From positions 620,001 through 684,000 of the forward strand of contig CBFDEM010000021.1 of assembly GCA_965603825.1 (NCBI GenBank): a stretch of 64,000 nt of DNA. The letters run 5' to 3'. Positions 1-11,048 of this stretch are shown here, piece by piece. This DNA is from Blepharisma stoltei ATCC 30299. Its lineage: Eukaryota; Protista; Ciliophora. Under the pieces are notes generated by a model. The model had not been told where the DNA came from. It saw only the letters and a program-made list of their open reading frames with translations, and did no database searches. Numbering within the stretch: position 1 is the first letter of the stretch; the number at the start of each line of letters is the position of its first letter. A program made the position numbers and the translations under genes.

Positions 1-576
1 AATTTTAAATTGATCTCTTTCTTTCATTTGATATGATAACTCTTTCTTCATTTTCTTTGTGACACTAAGTAGCCCATTAATCGCTAAGTCTTCAGCTTCC
101 ATCTGCAATTTGATATTTGTGCATTTTTCATATATTTCCTTCACTTCATTGTCTATATCTCTCACTTCTTTATCTAGAATACGGATTTCTCTGCCTATTC
201 TTTCTCTGTCCTCCCCTATTTTTTCATTTGCTTTTCTGATTTTTGCGTTTTCATTGTGTAGTTTGTCGTGATTCTTTTTAATTTTGTTGGCATATGACGA
301 GCTTAAATATAATTCTCTTTTAAGCTGGTCTGCAATGTCCTGCAAAACGTCTTTTTGCTCATTTAAAGTGGTAAGTTCTTCCATTAGGAGTTTTAGTTCG
401 GCGGAGGATTGTTGTAGCTCTTCATGGTAGTCTGAATATTGAATTCTTTCTGTCAATCGTGAAGATCTGAGGCCAAGTGGTGTAGATGAACGACTGTGAA
501 AACTGGGATGAGCCTGCCGTAAAGCTGATGAAGATCGAGGATATGGCTTTCGATTTGATAAAGGCGCTGAACGCAT
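1..576 (-). CDS. Coiled-coil protein, 3'-partial (runs off the window start)
   Basis: ATG at 576 (MRSAPLSNRKPY...). Frame is open to position 1. Basic Ser-rich N-terminus, then heptad-rich E/K/L helix. Confidence 0.75.
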   Translation of the reverse strand, partial: MRSAPLSNRKPYPRSSSALRQAHPSFHSRSSTPLGLRSSRLTERIQYSDYHEELQQSSAELKLLMEELTTLNEQKDVLQDIADQLKRELYLSSSYANKIKKNHDKLHNENAKIRKANEKIGEDRERIGREIRILDKEVRDIDNEVKEIYEKCTNIKLQMEAEDLAINGLLSVTKKMKKELSYQMKERDQFKI

Positions 577-653
577 ATTTAAATATCAAATAAATTCCTT
601 TTAGTATAATTTAATGAAAACTGAGCTATATGCTTTACACAAATGAAAAGAGT

Positions 654-1370
654 TTAGAAGTATTTTGAGAGGTATTCCACCGATGGACTGTAAGCTGAAG
701 GACCTGGAGATTGTGAATGAGGAATGTAATCAAGTTTCTTGTCTGTTGTATCGATTATTGCTCTTGGAGACTTTGATCGAGTAATTGCATTTTTCACTCT
801 ATAAGCAGCTGGCCCAGGACTTCGTTGACGATTATCATGGAGATTTCTTTCAGCCTTGGCAAATGTTCCTCTTTGAATTTTTGGAGAATGATACCTAAAA
901 TTAAAAAAGTCCGTTTTTGCATTGTCGCTTAAAGGACTTTGGTAAGTAATGACAGTCTCATCTCCCGAAGGGATGCTTTCTAATAATTTGCAAGAACTGC
1001 TTCCTATTGGTAATGTCTGTGCTTTTTGTGGAATTTCGATTTTTAGATTGATATCCTTAACTTTTCCTTCCAAACTTAAATTTCAATCTTCTTTACATGT
1101 TTTTGATATTTTATTTGGCCTTCTAGGTGCATTTTGTGATAATTCTAGTGATTTTCAAGCCTCATCTATGATTTGGCTGATGACGACTTTTAATGGCCCT
1201 TTGAGATTTACTGCTAATTTTTGATTCTTTTTATACTCAATCAATAGTAGGCTAGCTAGCCATTCATTAAATGTATCTAAATGTCCTGATGATAATAAAT
1301 AGTTTTTCATTTCTCGATATGATGAAGCTTTATCATAGTTTTCAAAATTTTTGCCGTAAGCACAGTTCAT
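654..1370 (-). CDS. PGP-Y (SHIPPO/ODF3/STPG-like) repeat protein, 238 aa
   Basis: ORFs 1155-1370 and 654-1073 share a frame, joined by two TGA read as Trp. Motifs SPGPAAY and SPGPSAY. Confidence 0.65.
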
Positions 1371-1766
1371 TTAATTATAAGCAGAAGCCTAATTAATTAT
1401 AATCAAAAATTTAGAGCGTCTTTGATATATTTAATTGAATAGCCTTGGACTTAACGGTTCATAATAATCTTTATTTAAATTGGTCATCTCAAAGTATGTC
1501 AACATTCAAATTATTTGAATTGCAAAATAAAACTCTAAATATAAAGTAAAATAGCTCTGAGGGGTATATAAAATTAATCAATCATTCAAACTAATAATAA
1601 TATTGAAAGGTAAATTGATTTTAGCTAATAAAGATGGTGACTTATTGCATCTAAAAGAAAATTCGAAAATTTGCAAAATAAAGTCTCTTAAAAAATAATA
1701 AAACTGCTAAGTTATCACACTTTGAATAAAAAACTAAGAATATTCAATAAATTAAATAGCTATAAT

Positions 1767-2612
1767 ATGGACCGAAGCGATTCTTCAACAGCTGAAGAAG
1801 AATTATACATAATCTTAAAAGATGCCCTTACAAGTGAGAACAAGCAAATAATTGATTGCTACGACAAAGTGTTTTTGAGAAACTTACTAAACTCTTCACG
1901 CGAAAATTCTATGCATATGAACATTTCACATGAAGGCAGATATATATTTAAAGGATACCCTTCTGGGAACTATATCAAGCAGCTAGCAAAAGTTGTTGCT
2001 TTATGGAGTCAAATCGGGACATTTCCTATTTCTTTTGTAAATTTAACTGGCTTTGATACCGAAATAACGCGAAAAGAAATCGAGAATTTATCTACACTCT
2101 CGAGCCTAGTTGTAGATCTGGTTAGTCGCTTAAATGACCCAGCAGTTCCCAGCTTAGCTGAAAATCTCCTTTTGCGAATGGGGCCAAGAGGGGTTTTGAC
2201 ATGCTTAGGTGTTAGACGAACTCAAGGGAGCATTGATAAATGTTTGCCTCCGTCGAAAAGTTTTCTTGAGAGGGCGTTTTCACAGCTTCATACTGCTGAA
2301 GAAAGCAAAAAATCATCTCTGACTGTTGGAGCAAGGGCGCTTACAAAGCACTGTCACCGAAGCTCAGATGGATTCTGGGGGAAAATCTCTGGTACTGAAG
2401 TCATGAAAAATGCAGTTGCTCAGCAAGTATTGGATAGATTCTTTACGAACTGTGTGTGGATTAATATTCACTGTTTACCAAATGAAGAACCAGTTATTGA
2501 AGTCCGAGTGCAGGAAGGGTATGGAGTAAGATGACTGATCAATAAACAACAATTTAGAGGATTTTTAGAGCCTCAGATGGAAGGTGGCCATGAAAGGGGT
2601 TGGAGGCATTAG
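1767..2612 (+). CDS. Conserved uncharacterised protein, 281 aa; resembles the C-terminal domain of plant ASCH-domain proteins
   Basis: ATG 1767. Reading TGA 2532-2534 as W gives GYGVRW...FRGFLEPQMEGGHERGWRH, stop TAG 2610-2612. Also contains LTVGARALTKHCHRSSDGFWG. Confidence 0.8.
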
Positions 2613-2689
2613 ATTTTGATGAAAATAGAATTGATAAATAAAATAAAATGGAACAATTATGCTATGAGGAACTATTAGTGGCTACAAGC

Positions 2690-4111
2690 TTATAAGTCAT
2701 CATCCAGATGGAGATTCAGGTGAGGGTTGCTCTCTCCTCTTGCGATTGCTCTCATCATTTGGTCTCTGAAGCTTTTGAGAGCTTTTCTTACATCACGACC
2801 TTTTTTCATAGCGATTTCTGATTAATAGTTACCTTTAAGAAGAGGAAGGAGTTCTAATAATGCATTATCAGTCATATCGTCGATCCAGGTTCTGATTAAA
2901 ATTCCATTATCCGGCTGCATTCTGAAATTTTCAGCCATATTATCAACTATTATAGTTCTTGCCAAATTTCTTCCTATCCTTGATAAATCCTTTGTGTAAA
3001 AGTTTCCAGTTGGCAGTCCATGCTGTCGATATAATCTGTAAGAAATGAATTTATTGTGATCCAATTGGTCAAGAACCCAATCAGCGTACTCCTGCAGCCC
3101 AGCAGTAAAAATCACGACTTCATAGAATTTGGACACTTCTTCCAAAAATTCATGACACCCTGGACGAATTAAGAACTTCCCTTCATTTTCCTCTTCATAA
3201 TAGTGGACTAATGTTTCATCTAAATCCAATACAAGAGTATAAATATCTTCTTCAGTAGCAGGCAGATAAGGAGCTTCAGCAAGCTGTATTTCTATCTCAT
3301 AATCTATGGATTCAGTAGTATTCAATGCTGGAGGCTCTATATCTTCCTCAACTGCGACGCGCAATAATTCTCTGGCCTTTATAACTTCAAAGTGTTCTAT
3401 GTCTCTCACAATTTGAATAATAGTATACAGAAGCATTCTTACAGTCTTACTGAGTACTGATCCGGGATTGGTGTGCTCTTTAGCGATTTCTTGAATAGTT
3501 TGCTTGATAAGGTTATTTTGCGTTGCTAATAGCTGCATATTTTCATGTTTCGAGCATTTATTTGTCCTTTTTGTGTAAGTGATGGTTTGCAAAGTGACAG
3601 CTCAAGAATTTATGGAGTAGCGATTTGGCAATCTATGCAAAACAATATCAATTAGCACCAAAATGTTTTGATGAATCAGTTCAAGCAGGTCATTAACTGC
3701 TTGTCTGGCTCGATCATTCCCTAAGGCTGAATGATCTAAAAACTCAGATAGTGACACTCCAGCTGCTTCTAAAATAACAGCTTCCCTCAAGCATGCTTTG
3801 GCTTCTTCTTTTCGAAAAAGGCTGTCAATCCGAATAATAGAATTTTCATCAGTGATTTGCCATCATCTATCAATTTCATAGGAAGCGCTCTCGCTTTGCT
3901 TAAAAGCAGTGACGAGACCCTCTAGTATACCTTCAATATTAACTAAATCTTGAAGATTTATGTAAAACTTAGGGGATGCTGATGGGGGTGGTGAGGGTGA
4001 TTTTGATTTAGCTTCTGAATTAGGAACATGATGGGATCTTTCGTTAGAAAATGTAGTTGGCTTTGGGGCTTTGCTGCTTACTAAGGCAGTTTTTTCAACC
4101 TTTTTAGACAT
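2690..4111 (-). CDS. NIF/FCP1-like (CTD small phosphatase family) HAD phosphatase, 468 aa, one intron
   Basis: DLDETLVH (DxDxT), IFTAGLQEYADWVLD and IIVDN motifs. TGAs at 3863 and 3602 join three ORFs. Removing intron 2818-2832 restores the C-terminus to TAA 2690. Confidence 0.9.
2818..2832 (-). other. 15-nt spliceosomal intron GTAACTATTAATCAG
   Basis: Removal deletes an in-frame TAA and gives LLPLLKEIAMKK...DVRKAL. Confidence 0.9.
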
Positions 4112-4264
4112 AATTAAAGAGAAATATACACCCCGGCATTATTTTTGAGGATCAATTAAATGGAGATATGAACAGAAATTGGTTTCTTTTGCCAAAATCA
4201 CGCTCCTTTATATTAAATCAAAGAATTTTTAAAGAAAAATATTAGAAAGTAGATTGAAATAACT

Positions 4265-4876
4265 TTACCTATAGGTGATGATGTTCTTATGCTCTTTGTG
4301 ATGTGGATACTTGATATCCCTGAGTCCCAATTCTTGAATAACTTCGAGATACTTATGATGGTTCGTTCTGCTCAAGTACATCATTGCTCTTCTTCTTTGG
4401 TCAAGCCTATATCTTAATTTAAGAAATGCTGAGGTATCGTTATGATTTGCTCTCATGTGCTGGCTTAAGGATATAATATGCTCTGTCAAAATGCAGACTA
4501 GGCATGCAGCGTCTCCATTGTCTTTCTTATGATTCCCCCATTTTGCAATAATTTCACGGATTCTTGCAGACCTGATTTCATTGAGTGACGCATTGTGCAT
4601 ACTGTATGCGTCTTTAACGATGTCATTGGCTTCGTCCAACACAGCTTCCAGATGTCCTCTATATCCTGAAGGGAGTGGTCTTTTATCTACAGGAGACCAT
4701 GGCTGTCTTCCTCGAAATCCTACTGTTTCCTCGTTTGGGTACACAAAAGATTTTCCTTCCAGTTTTCTCATCAAGCGAGCTTCTCTTGCTCTTTCTGTGG
4801 ATTTCATCTGCGTTCCTGAGATAAAGGATCTTGCTGGGATAAAAGATGATAATACTCTGTTTAATCTAATAAACAT
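4265..4876 (-). CDS. MRPS15: Mitochondrial ribosomal protein uS15
   Basis: S15 core (DNGDAACLVCILTEHI...HMRANHND...RRRAMMYL). Arg-rich, acid-free N-terminus MFIRLNRVLSSFIPARSF looks like a presequence. Confidence 0.85.
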   Translation of the reverse strand: MFIRLNRVLSSFIPARSFISGTQMKSTERAREARLMRKLEGKSFVYPNEETVGFRGRQPWSPVDKRPLPSGYRGHLEAVLDEANDIVKDAYSMHNASLNEIRSARIREIIAKWGNHKKDNGDAACLVCILTEHIISLSQHMRANHNDTSAFLKLRYRLDQRRRAMMYLSRTNHHKYLEVIQELGLRDIKYPHHKEHKNIITYR

Positions 4877-5156
4877 TATTATATGGCTTAATCTTTTGAC
4901 GCTATAAAAAATGAGCTGATAACGATTGATTGAATTCATTAAATCACTATTTGTTTATTTTGGTAAAAATTAATAAAATTATTTTTGGATCGGAAGCTAG
5001 TGCTTTGCAATATTAAGGAATTAAAATTAATAATTTAATTAAGACAAGCTAAAAATTAGAGGCTCCTTTGAATTAAATACCCTCAATAAATCTCTAAATT
5101 TAATTATTAAAAGTTTTATGAAATCTCATATTTAAAATTTTATTAATTAGGAAGCA

Positions 5157-5930
5157 TTAATCATTTTTCTTGTAAATTTTAATAGATGTATCAATTCCAA
5201 TCAAATGTTCAAGTATATCTTCTAAATAATCATTCATGCATCTGCTGTAAAATTGCTGAGTCATTTGGTTTTCATTTAATTCTTTAACTACATATGCTTT
5301 ACAATATCTTTCAGTCAAAATAATTCCCTGAATTAATCCAATCATTCTCTCCACCCCTCTTTTCTTAGCAAACTCTTGAATAGTCTCATCACCAGTAATT
5401 TTCTGTATATTGCTTACCTCAAATGGGTCAAGAAAAATTACATTGAAAATAGGATCTTTTGCAAGTCTTTTTCTAAATTTTTCAATCATATAAATTTTTT
5501 TAGAAATATCTGTGCCAGATAAGATAAGATTATTTTTCCTCTTATTTTTTCTTCTTTTTAACACAAGATCTTTTTTAGCTTGATAAATTTTTGAATTTTC
5601 TTCCTATTTTAGATTTACATCAAGGCTTCACAGATTCCCATCAAAATTGACAACACATAAAGATAAAAGTTTAGTTAATGCAGATTTTATCTCTGTTTCG
5701 TGATAAGGATCTCCATTCTTATCTCTATATTTGTCTGGCGAATTTAAGATATATGCTCTTATGTCCTCGAATGTTGCAAGCTTTTGATTTCTTAAAAACA
5801 TCATTATCCCAAATTTTACATCTCTTGAAACTTCTGGTTCTACAACTTTTTCGATTGGCAAAACTGGTACTTCGTATCTGGCATTAGATGAACTCTCTTG
5901 AGCTTCTTCTTTCTCTGACTCAGTTTTCAT
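5157..5930 (-). CDS. Uncharacterised basic protein with a possible winged-helix-like segment, one intron
   Basis: ORF 5628-5930 continues through TGA (NLWSLD). Intron 5604-5618 joins it in frame to ORF 5157-5564. NLS-like KRRKNKRK. Confidence 0.7.
5604..5618 (-). other. 15-nt intron GTAAATCTAAAATAG
   Basis: Phase 0; its terminal TAG is the in-frame stop between two ORFs. A at position 10. Confidence 0.8.
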
Positions 5931-5974
5931 ATTTATTTAATTTAGTTTACTTTTAGGTATGGTTTATAATTTAT

Positions 5975-6820
5975 TTATGATAAAATGCAATTATTTGAAT
6001 CATTCGTTTCTTGCACCGAATTTTCATCAATGTTCGTTCTGATTAGCTGCTTTTCATAGACTTTTCTTTCTGTTTCTCCATCATTTCTGCATATTTTTAA
6101 TATTGCTTTTGTAAGATTCTCAAACGTCTTGTTATCAATATATTTTAAGATGACAATTTTAAACTTTTTTTCTAAGTCGAGGATAAAATCCGTTTTATAT
6201 TCTTGATCAGAATTTATAACAATAAGAATTTGACTACTTTTAATTTGATTCATTTTAAAATTCGTAACATGCTCGTCTAAAACATTTTCCCAACCTTGAG
6301 CTTGTCCATTTACTTGCAAAATTCAGCACTGTATTTCAGCTCTCAATTTTCTTATAGATTTTATAGATGGTATACTTAAAACTGAAATAGAGATTATATG
6401 CTTGCCAAGTAAATAGTTTGAATAGCCCCCAAATATACCTGATGATTCAATTTCTGGGCTATGAATATCTGGATATGGCTTAAGTTTTCCTAGCGAGCCA
6501 ATAATTCCAACAGTATAAGATGAGTGCGGTTCAAAGGTCAAATAATGATAGTCACGAAGCGATTTATATACATTTTTTAAACTCTGCCACGTTAAATGGT
6601 CAAGTATCCTTACTTCTGGAAAAGTTCTCTGCAGAATTGGTTTCCATATAAATTGGCTGTCTTTAATAATTACATTCATTATCTTAGAAACTGATCTCAT
6701 ACGTGCTACATCTTTTAATTCCAAAAATTGACAAATTTCTGACAAAATACTAGTATTTTCAAGTACCTCCTTCTTTCTTGTTGCTATAGACTTATTTAAC
6801 TCTTTTCCTCTTAACTCCAT
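5975..6820 (-). CDS. F-box protein
   Basis: ILSEICQFLELKDVARMRSVSKIMNVII...IWK matches the F-box pattern. TGA at 6323 joins ORFs 6323-6841 and 5975-6319. First ATG at 6820. Confidence 0.75.
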
Positions 6821-6970
6821 GTTAGCATCTATAATTATCAAAAACTAATCCTAAAAAATCCTATTTAATTCTTTTGAACTTCAAAAAAATCTCTAAGACT
6901 GATAATCTTAATTCACTATAATTATTTTATATTCTCAACAAATTAATTTTACTTTCTGAGTCATATAAAT

Positions 6971-9562
6971 ATGCCACTTCGACTGGATATTAAGAAGAAA
7001 CTAAGCAGCAGGAGTGAACGTGTAAAGTGCGTTGAAATCCATCCTCAGCAGCCATGGGTACTTTCAGGTCTTTATTCCGGCAATATCCTAATTCACGACT
7101 ACATCACTCAAGCTGTCCTAAAGTCATTTGAAGTATCGAATTTCCCAGTCAGATGTGCCAAGTTCATTGTTCGAACTCACTGGCTAGTTGTAGGATCTGA
7201 CGATAAAAATCTTCGAGTGTACAATTATAATACACTGGAAAAACTCAAAACTTTTCAAGCCCACGATGACTACATCAGATCAATCATTGTCCACCCTACT
7301 CTCCCTTATGTGATTTCTTCCTCTGATGACTGTATAATCAAGCTTTGGGATTGGGAAAAGAACTGGGAAGAAAAGAGAGTTTATGAAGGCCACGGTCACT
7401 ATGTCATGCAGATTAGCCTTAATCCTAAAGATTTCTCGACCTTTGCAAGCGCCAGCTTGGACAGAACCATCAAGATTTGGGGCGTCTCAGGAAGTGACAA
7501 AGCACATTATACTCTTGAGGGCCATGCACAAGGGGTTAATTGTGTCGAATATTACCCTGGAGGTGACAAGCCGTATTTGGTCAGTGGTGGAGATGATATG
7601 AAGGTAAAGGTATGGGACTACCAAACAAAGCAGTGTTTAAACACCCTTTCAGGCCATCACCACAATGTTTCTTCTGTAAGTTTCCACCCTGACTTGCCTT
7701 TAATTATTTCAACATCAGAAGATGCAACGGTAAAACTATGGCATAGCTCAACATTTAGACTTGAAAGCACATTAAACTATGGCATGGACAGAGCATGGAC
7801 TCAAAGTGCTGTCGGAGGAACCAGACTTCTTGCACTTGGGTTCGATGAAGGTACAATTGTCCTTAAAATTGGAAGTGACGAACCTTTAGCTTCTATGACA
7901 AACACAGGCTACGTCGTTTGGGTTAAAAATAACGATATTCATTCAGCTAACTTAAGAATCAATGAAGGTGACATTCAAGATGGTGAACCAATTAATTTAG
8001 TTCCGAGAGAAACTGAAACTTGCGAATTTTTCCCACAGTTTGTTAAACACAGCCCTAATGGAAGATCTTTTGCTCTCTGTGGAGACGGAGAGTACGTTAT
8101 TAAAAGCTCTAGGGCTTTTAGAAATCAAGGGTATGGAAGCGGGCAAGAGTTTGCTTGGAGCGGAGCTACAATGGGAGACTTTGCAATAAGAAGTGCAAAT
8201 GTTGTTAAGGTTATGAGAGAAACAGAAGAAAAAATCAATTATAAATCGACCTTTAGCGTTGAAGCACTTTTTGGAGGAACTTTACTTGGGATTAAAGGAG
8301 ACGAATACATTGACTTTGTGGACTGGGAAACCGGAAATTTAATTAGACGCATAAATGTCTCACCGAAGCAAATCTATTGGTCAGATTCAGGAAAGCATGT
8401 AGCAGTTGTGCTTGAAGAAACTTTCTTTGTACTTCAATACCATCCAGAATTAGTTGCAGGGGTCAAGCCACAAGATGATGGCATAGAAGAAGCCTTTGAA
8501 CTAGAATTTGAAATTTTAGAGAACGTGAATTCAGGAATTTGGCTTAGTGAGTGCTTTATGTATACGACCTCAGCCAATAAACTGAACTATTGCCTATCAG
8601 GAAAATCAATGCATATGGTCAATTTAGATAAAAAAGAATGGATTTTAGGCTTCATTCCTCAACAAAGCAGGATTTATTTGATGGACAGTGAAAGAACTAT
8701 TGTAAGCTATGCAGTCACCTTAAGTTTCATTGAGTATCAAATCTCAGTTGTCCAAGAAGACTTTGAAAAGGCAGAGCTAATTTTCCCAACTATCCCACCT
8801 CAATACCACAATAAATGTGCCAAATTTTTAGATAGCTTGGGATACAAGGAAGAAGCCATGGCTATAACTCATGACAAGCAGCATAAAATGGAGCTTGCTT
8901 TACAGCTAAATAACTTAGGAGAAGCTTATAAAATTGCACAAGAAGATACAGAAAGTGACGATAAATGGAAAATGGTAGGTGATCTCGCACTATTGTCAGG
9001 AGAAATTGATTTAGCTGAAAACTGCTTATTAAAATCCAAGGACTGAAATGGTTTACTGCTACTATATTCAAGTCTTGGAATTGAAAGCAAATTGAGAGAG
9101 CTTGGAGAGCTTGCCACAGAAAGTGGGAAAATGAATGTCGCTTTTATTTGCTTTTTCTTGCTAAAGGATCTCGATAAATGCATAGAGTGCCTAGTCAAAG
9201 CTGAAAGGATCCCAGAAGCGGCATTTTTCGCTAGAAGCTATTGCCCATCTAAAATCTCAAATGTTGTTAAGCTATGGAAAGAAGATTTAGCAAAAGTTTC
9301 AAAGGTTGCTTCACAGTCTTTGACAGACCCAACTGAATACCCACAAAAGTTCCCTGAGTTAGCTTTAGGAATGAAAGCAGAAAAATTGTTAGATGATTTC
9401 TATAAAACTGATGTTGGAGCTGAAGATTATTTAGGAGTTATGGGACTATTTAATTATGAAATTTTAGATAAGTTGAAAGAAGACGAAAATCTAGATATTG
9501 CACAGCTTCTCAGTCAGCCTCCTGAGTGCCCAGAAGATCCATTCCAAACTGAAGAAAGCTAA
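6971..9562 (+). CDS. COPB2: Coatomer subunit beta', 863 aa
   Basis: MPLRLDIKKKLSSRSERVK N-terminus, WD40 repeats, solenoid. One TGA (9044-9046) read as W in DWNGLLLLYSSLG. Confidence 0.97.
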
Positions 9563-9938
9563 ATAATAATTATCTCTATTCATTAATAGCAATATGTAAA
9601 ACTTATATTATTATTATTATTATCAAAATATCATTTTTAAAATGTAATAGTTGATAATCGAAGTTAAAAAATTATGTAATGAAATCATCTTTTTTTTTAT
9701 AGCTTAAGAATAAATGTTTCAATTTGATGTACTCAACTTAACGCAGAAAATCAAATATTCACAGCATTTTATTTATTTCCAAATAAAAATCTAGGTAATA
9801 TTAAACGATAATTTCACTAGCCTATAGCAAGAAGTCAATATTTCTTTTTAATAATCTTAATGGATTTATCTTGAGTGCTTTTCATTGCTAACAGTTTTAT
9901 TATAATCTCAAAACTGATATGAAATGATTTAAATTTAA

Positions 9939-10880
9939 ATGGCATTAACAGTTGAAAGGTGCAGTCGGAAAACAAAATCCCAAGATTATTCATGGAGCTA
10001 TGATGACACAGGAGGAAGTGAAATAAAAACTGGCCCTTGGACAGCTGAAGAAGATTTGATGGTTATAAAGTTAGTTAATAAATACGGACCTCAGAAGTGA
10101 AGTCACATTGCTAAAAGTCTCCCTGGAAGAATCGGAAAGCAATGCAGAGAAAGATGGCATAACCATTTGAATCCAAACATTAGAAAAGAACAGTGGAGTG
10201 AGGACGAAGAATGGCTTTTATTTCTCTATCATAAGATGATGGGGAATAGATGAGCCGAGATCGCAAAAATTCTGAAAGGAAGAACAGACAATTCAATCAA
10301 AAACCATTGAAATTCATCTATGAAAAAACTTATTCCTGAATTTACAGCGCGGTATAATAACTTGATAAGAGATCATTTATATACCGACCCAAAACACATT
10401 TGTTCTACCCAACAAGTAGAAGAAAAAGGAAAAAGAAAAAGAGGAAGAAAGTCGACCAACGACAGTTCAGATTTTCCTAAAGTTCCTTGCATGCAGGCAC
10501 ATAATCAAATTTTGTCTAATGCAATTGAGGGATATCAAAATTTAGTATACAGCTATATTGAAGAAACTAGAAAGGAAAACTTATCAATTACGCCTTTGCC
10601 AAAAAAAAGAAGAAAATTCTTGGATGTTACTCCTATGAATTCTGCTTATAGCGATTTATCTGTGATAGAAGATACTGCGCTGATGTTCACCCCTACAGAG
10701 TCGCCGCCAAGAAACCAGATTTTGTCTCCTTGCTTTATAAATGATAATTATGAAAGCACAGCAAAGTTTAGCCAACTGAAAAGTCCAGAAGTAGGGAGAA
10801 ATAAGTCTTCTGCTTCTTATATTCTTTTTGAAAGTCCAAGCTACATGCTCAGTTTGACTCCAAGGACATTTAATATTTAA
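9939..10880 (+). CDS. c-Myb-type R2R3 MYB transcription factor, 313 aa
   Basis: GPWTAEED...GPQK[TGA]SHIA...GRIGKQCRERWHNHL...GNR[TGA]AEIA...GRTDNSIKNH[TGA]NS. TGAs at 10098, 10251 and 10308 occupy conserved MYB Trp positions. The ORF track misses the domain. Confidence 0.95.
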
Positions 10881-11048
10881 GATAGCTAAAGTGTAAATTA
10901 TACATATCTTTAACCTCAAGATGATAAATTTAAAATGAAAAATGAGAATCTATAGCCTTAAATAATTTTGAATTAGATTCTAAATTTATATTTAATTTTA
11001 GAAATAAGATTAATTTTAAGAATCTTGCATTTATTAATTAAAATGAAT

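Noticed and set aside
9603-9623. Short TTA microsatellite, and low-complexity tracts at about 35560-35710 and 53740-53790
   Set aside because: Ordinary AT-rich spacer sequence and Thr/Glu-rich coding sequence.
9939-10320. TGA as selenocysteine or cysteine, or Euplotes-style programmed frameshifting
   Set aside because: TGAs align with conserved Trp, not Cys. The only frame change needed is explained by a 16-nt GT-AG intron.
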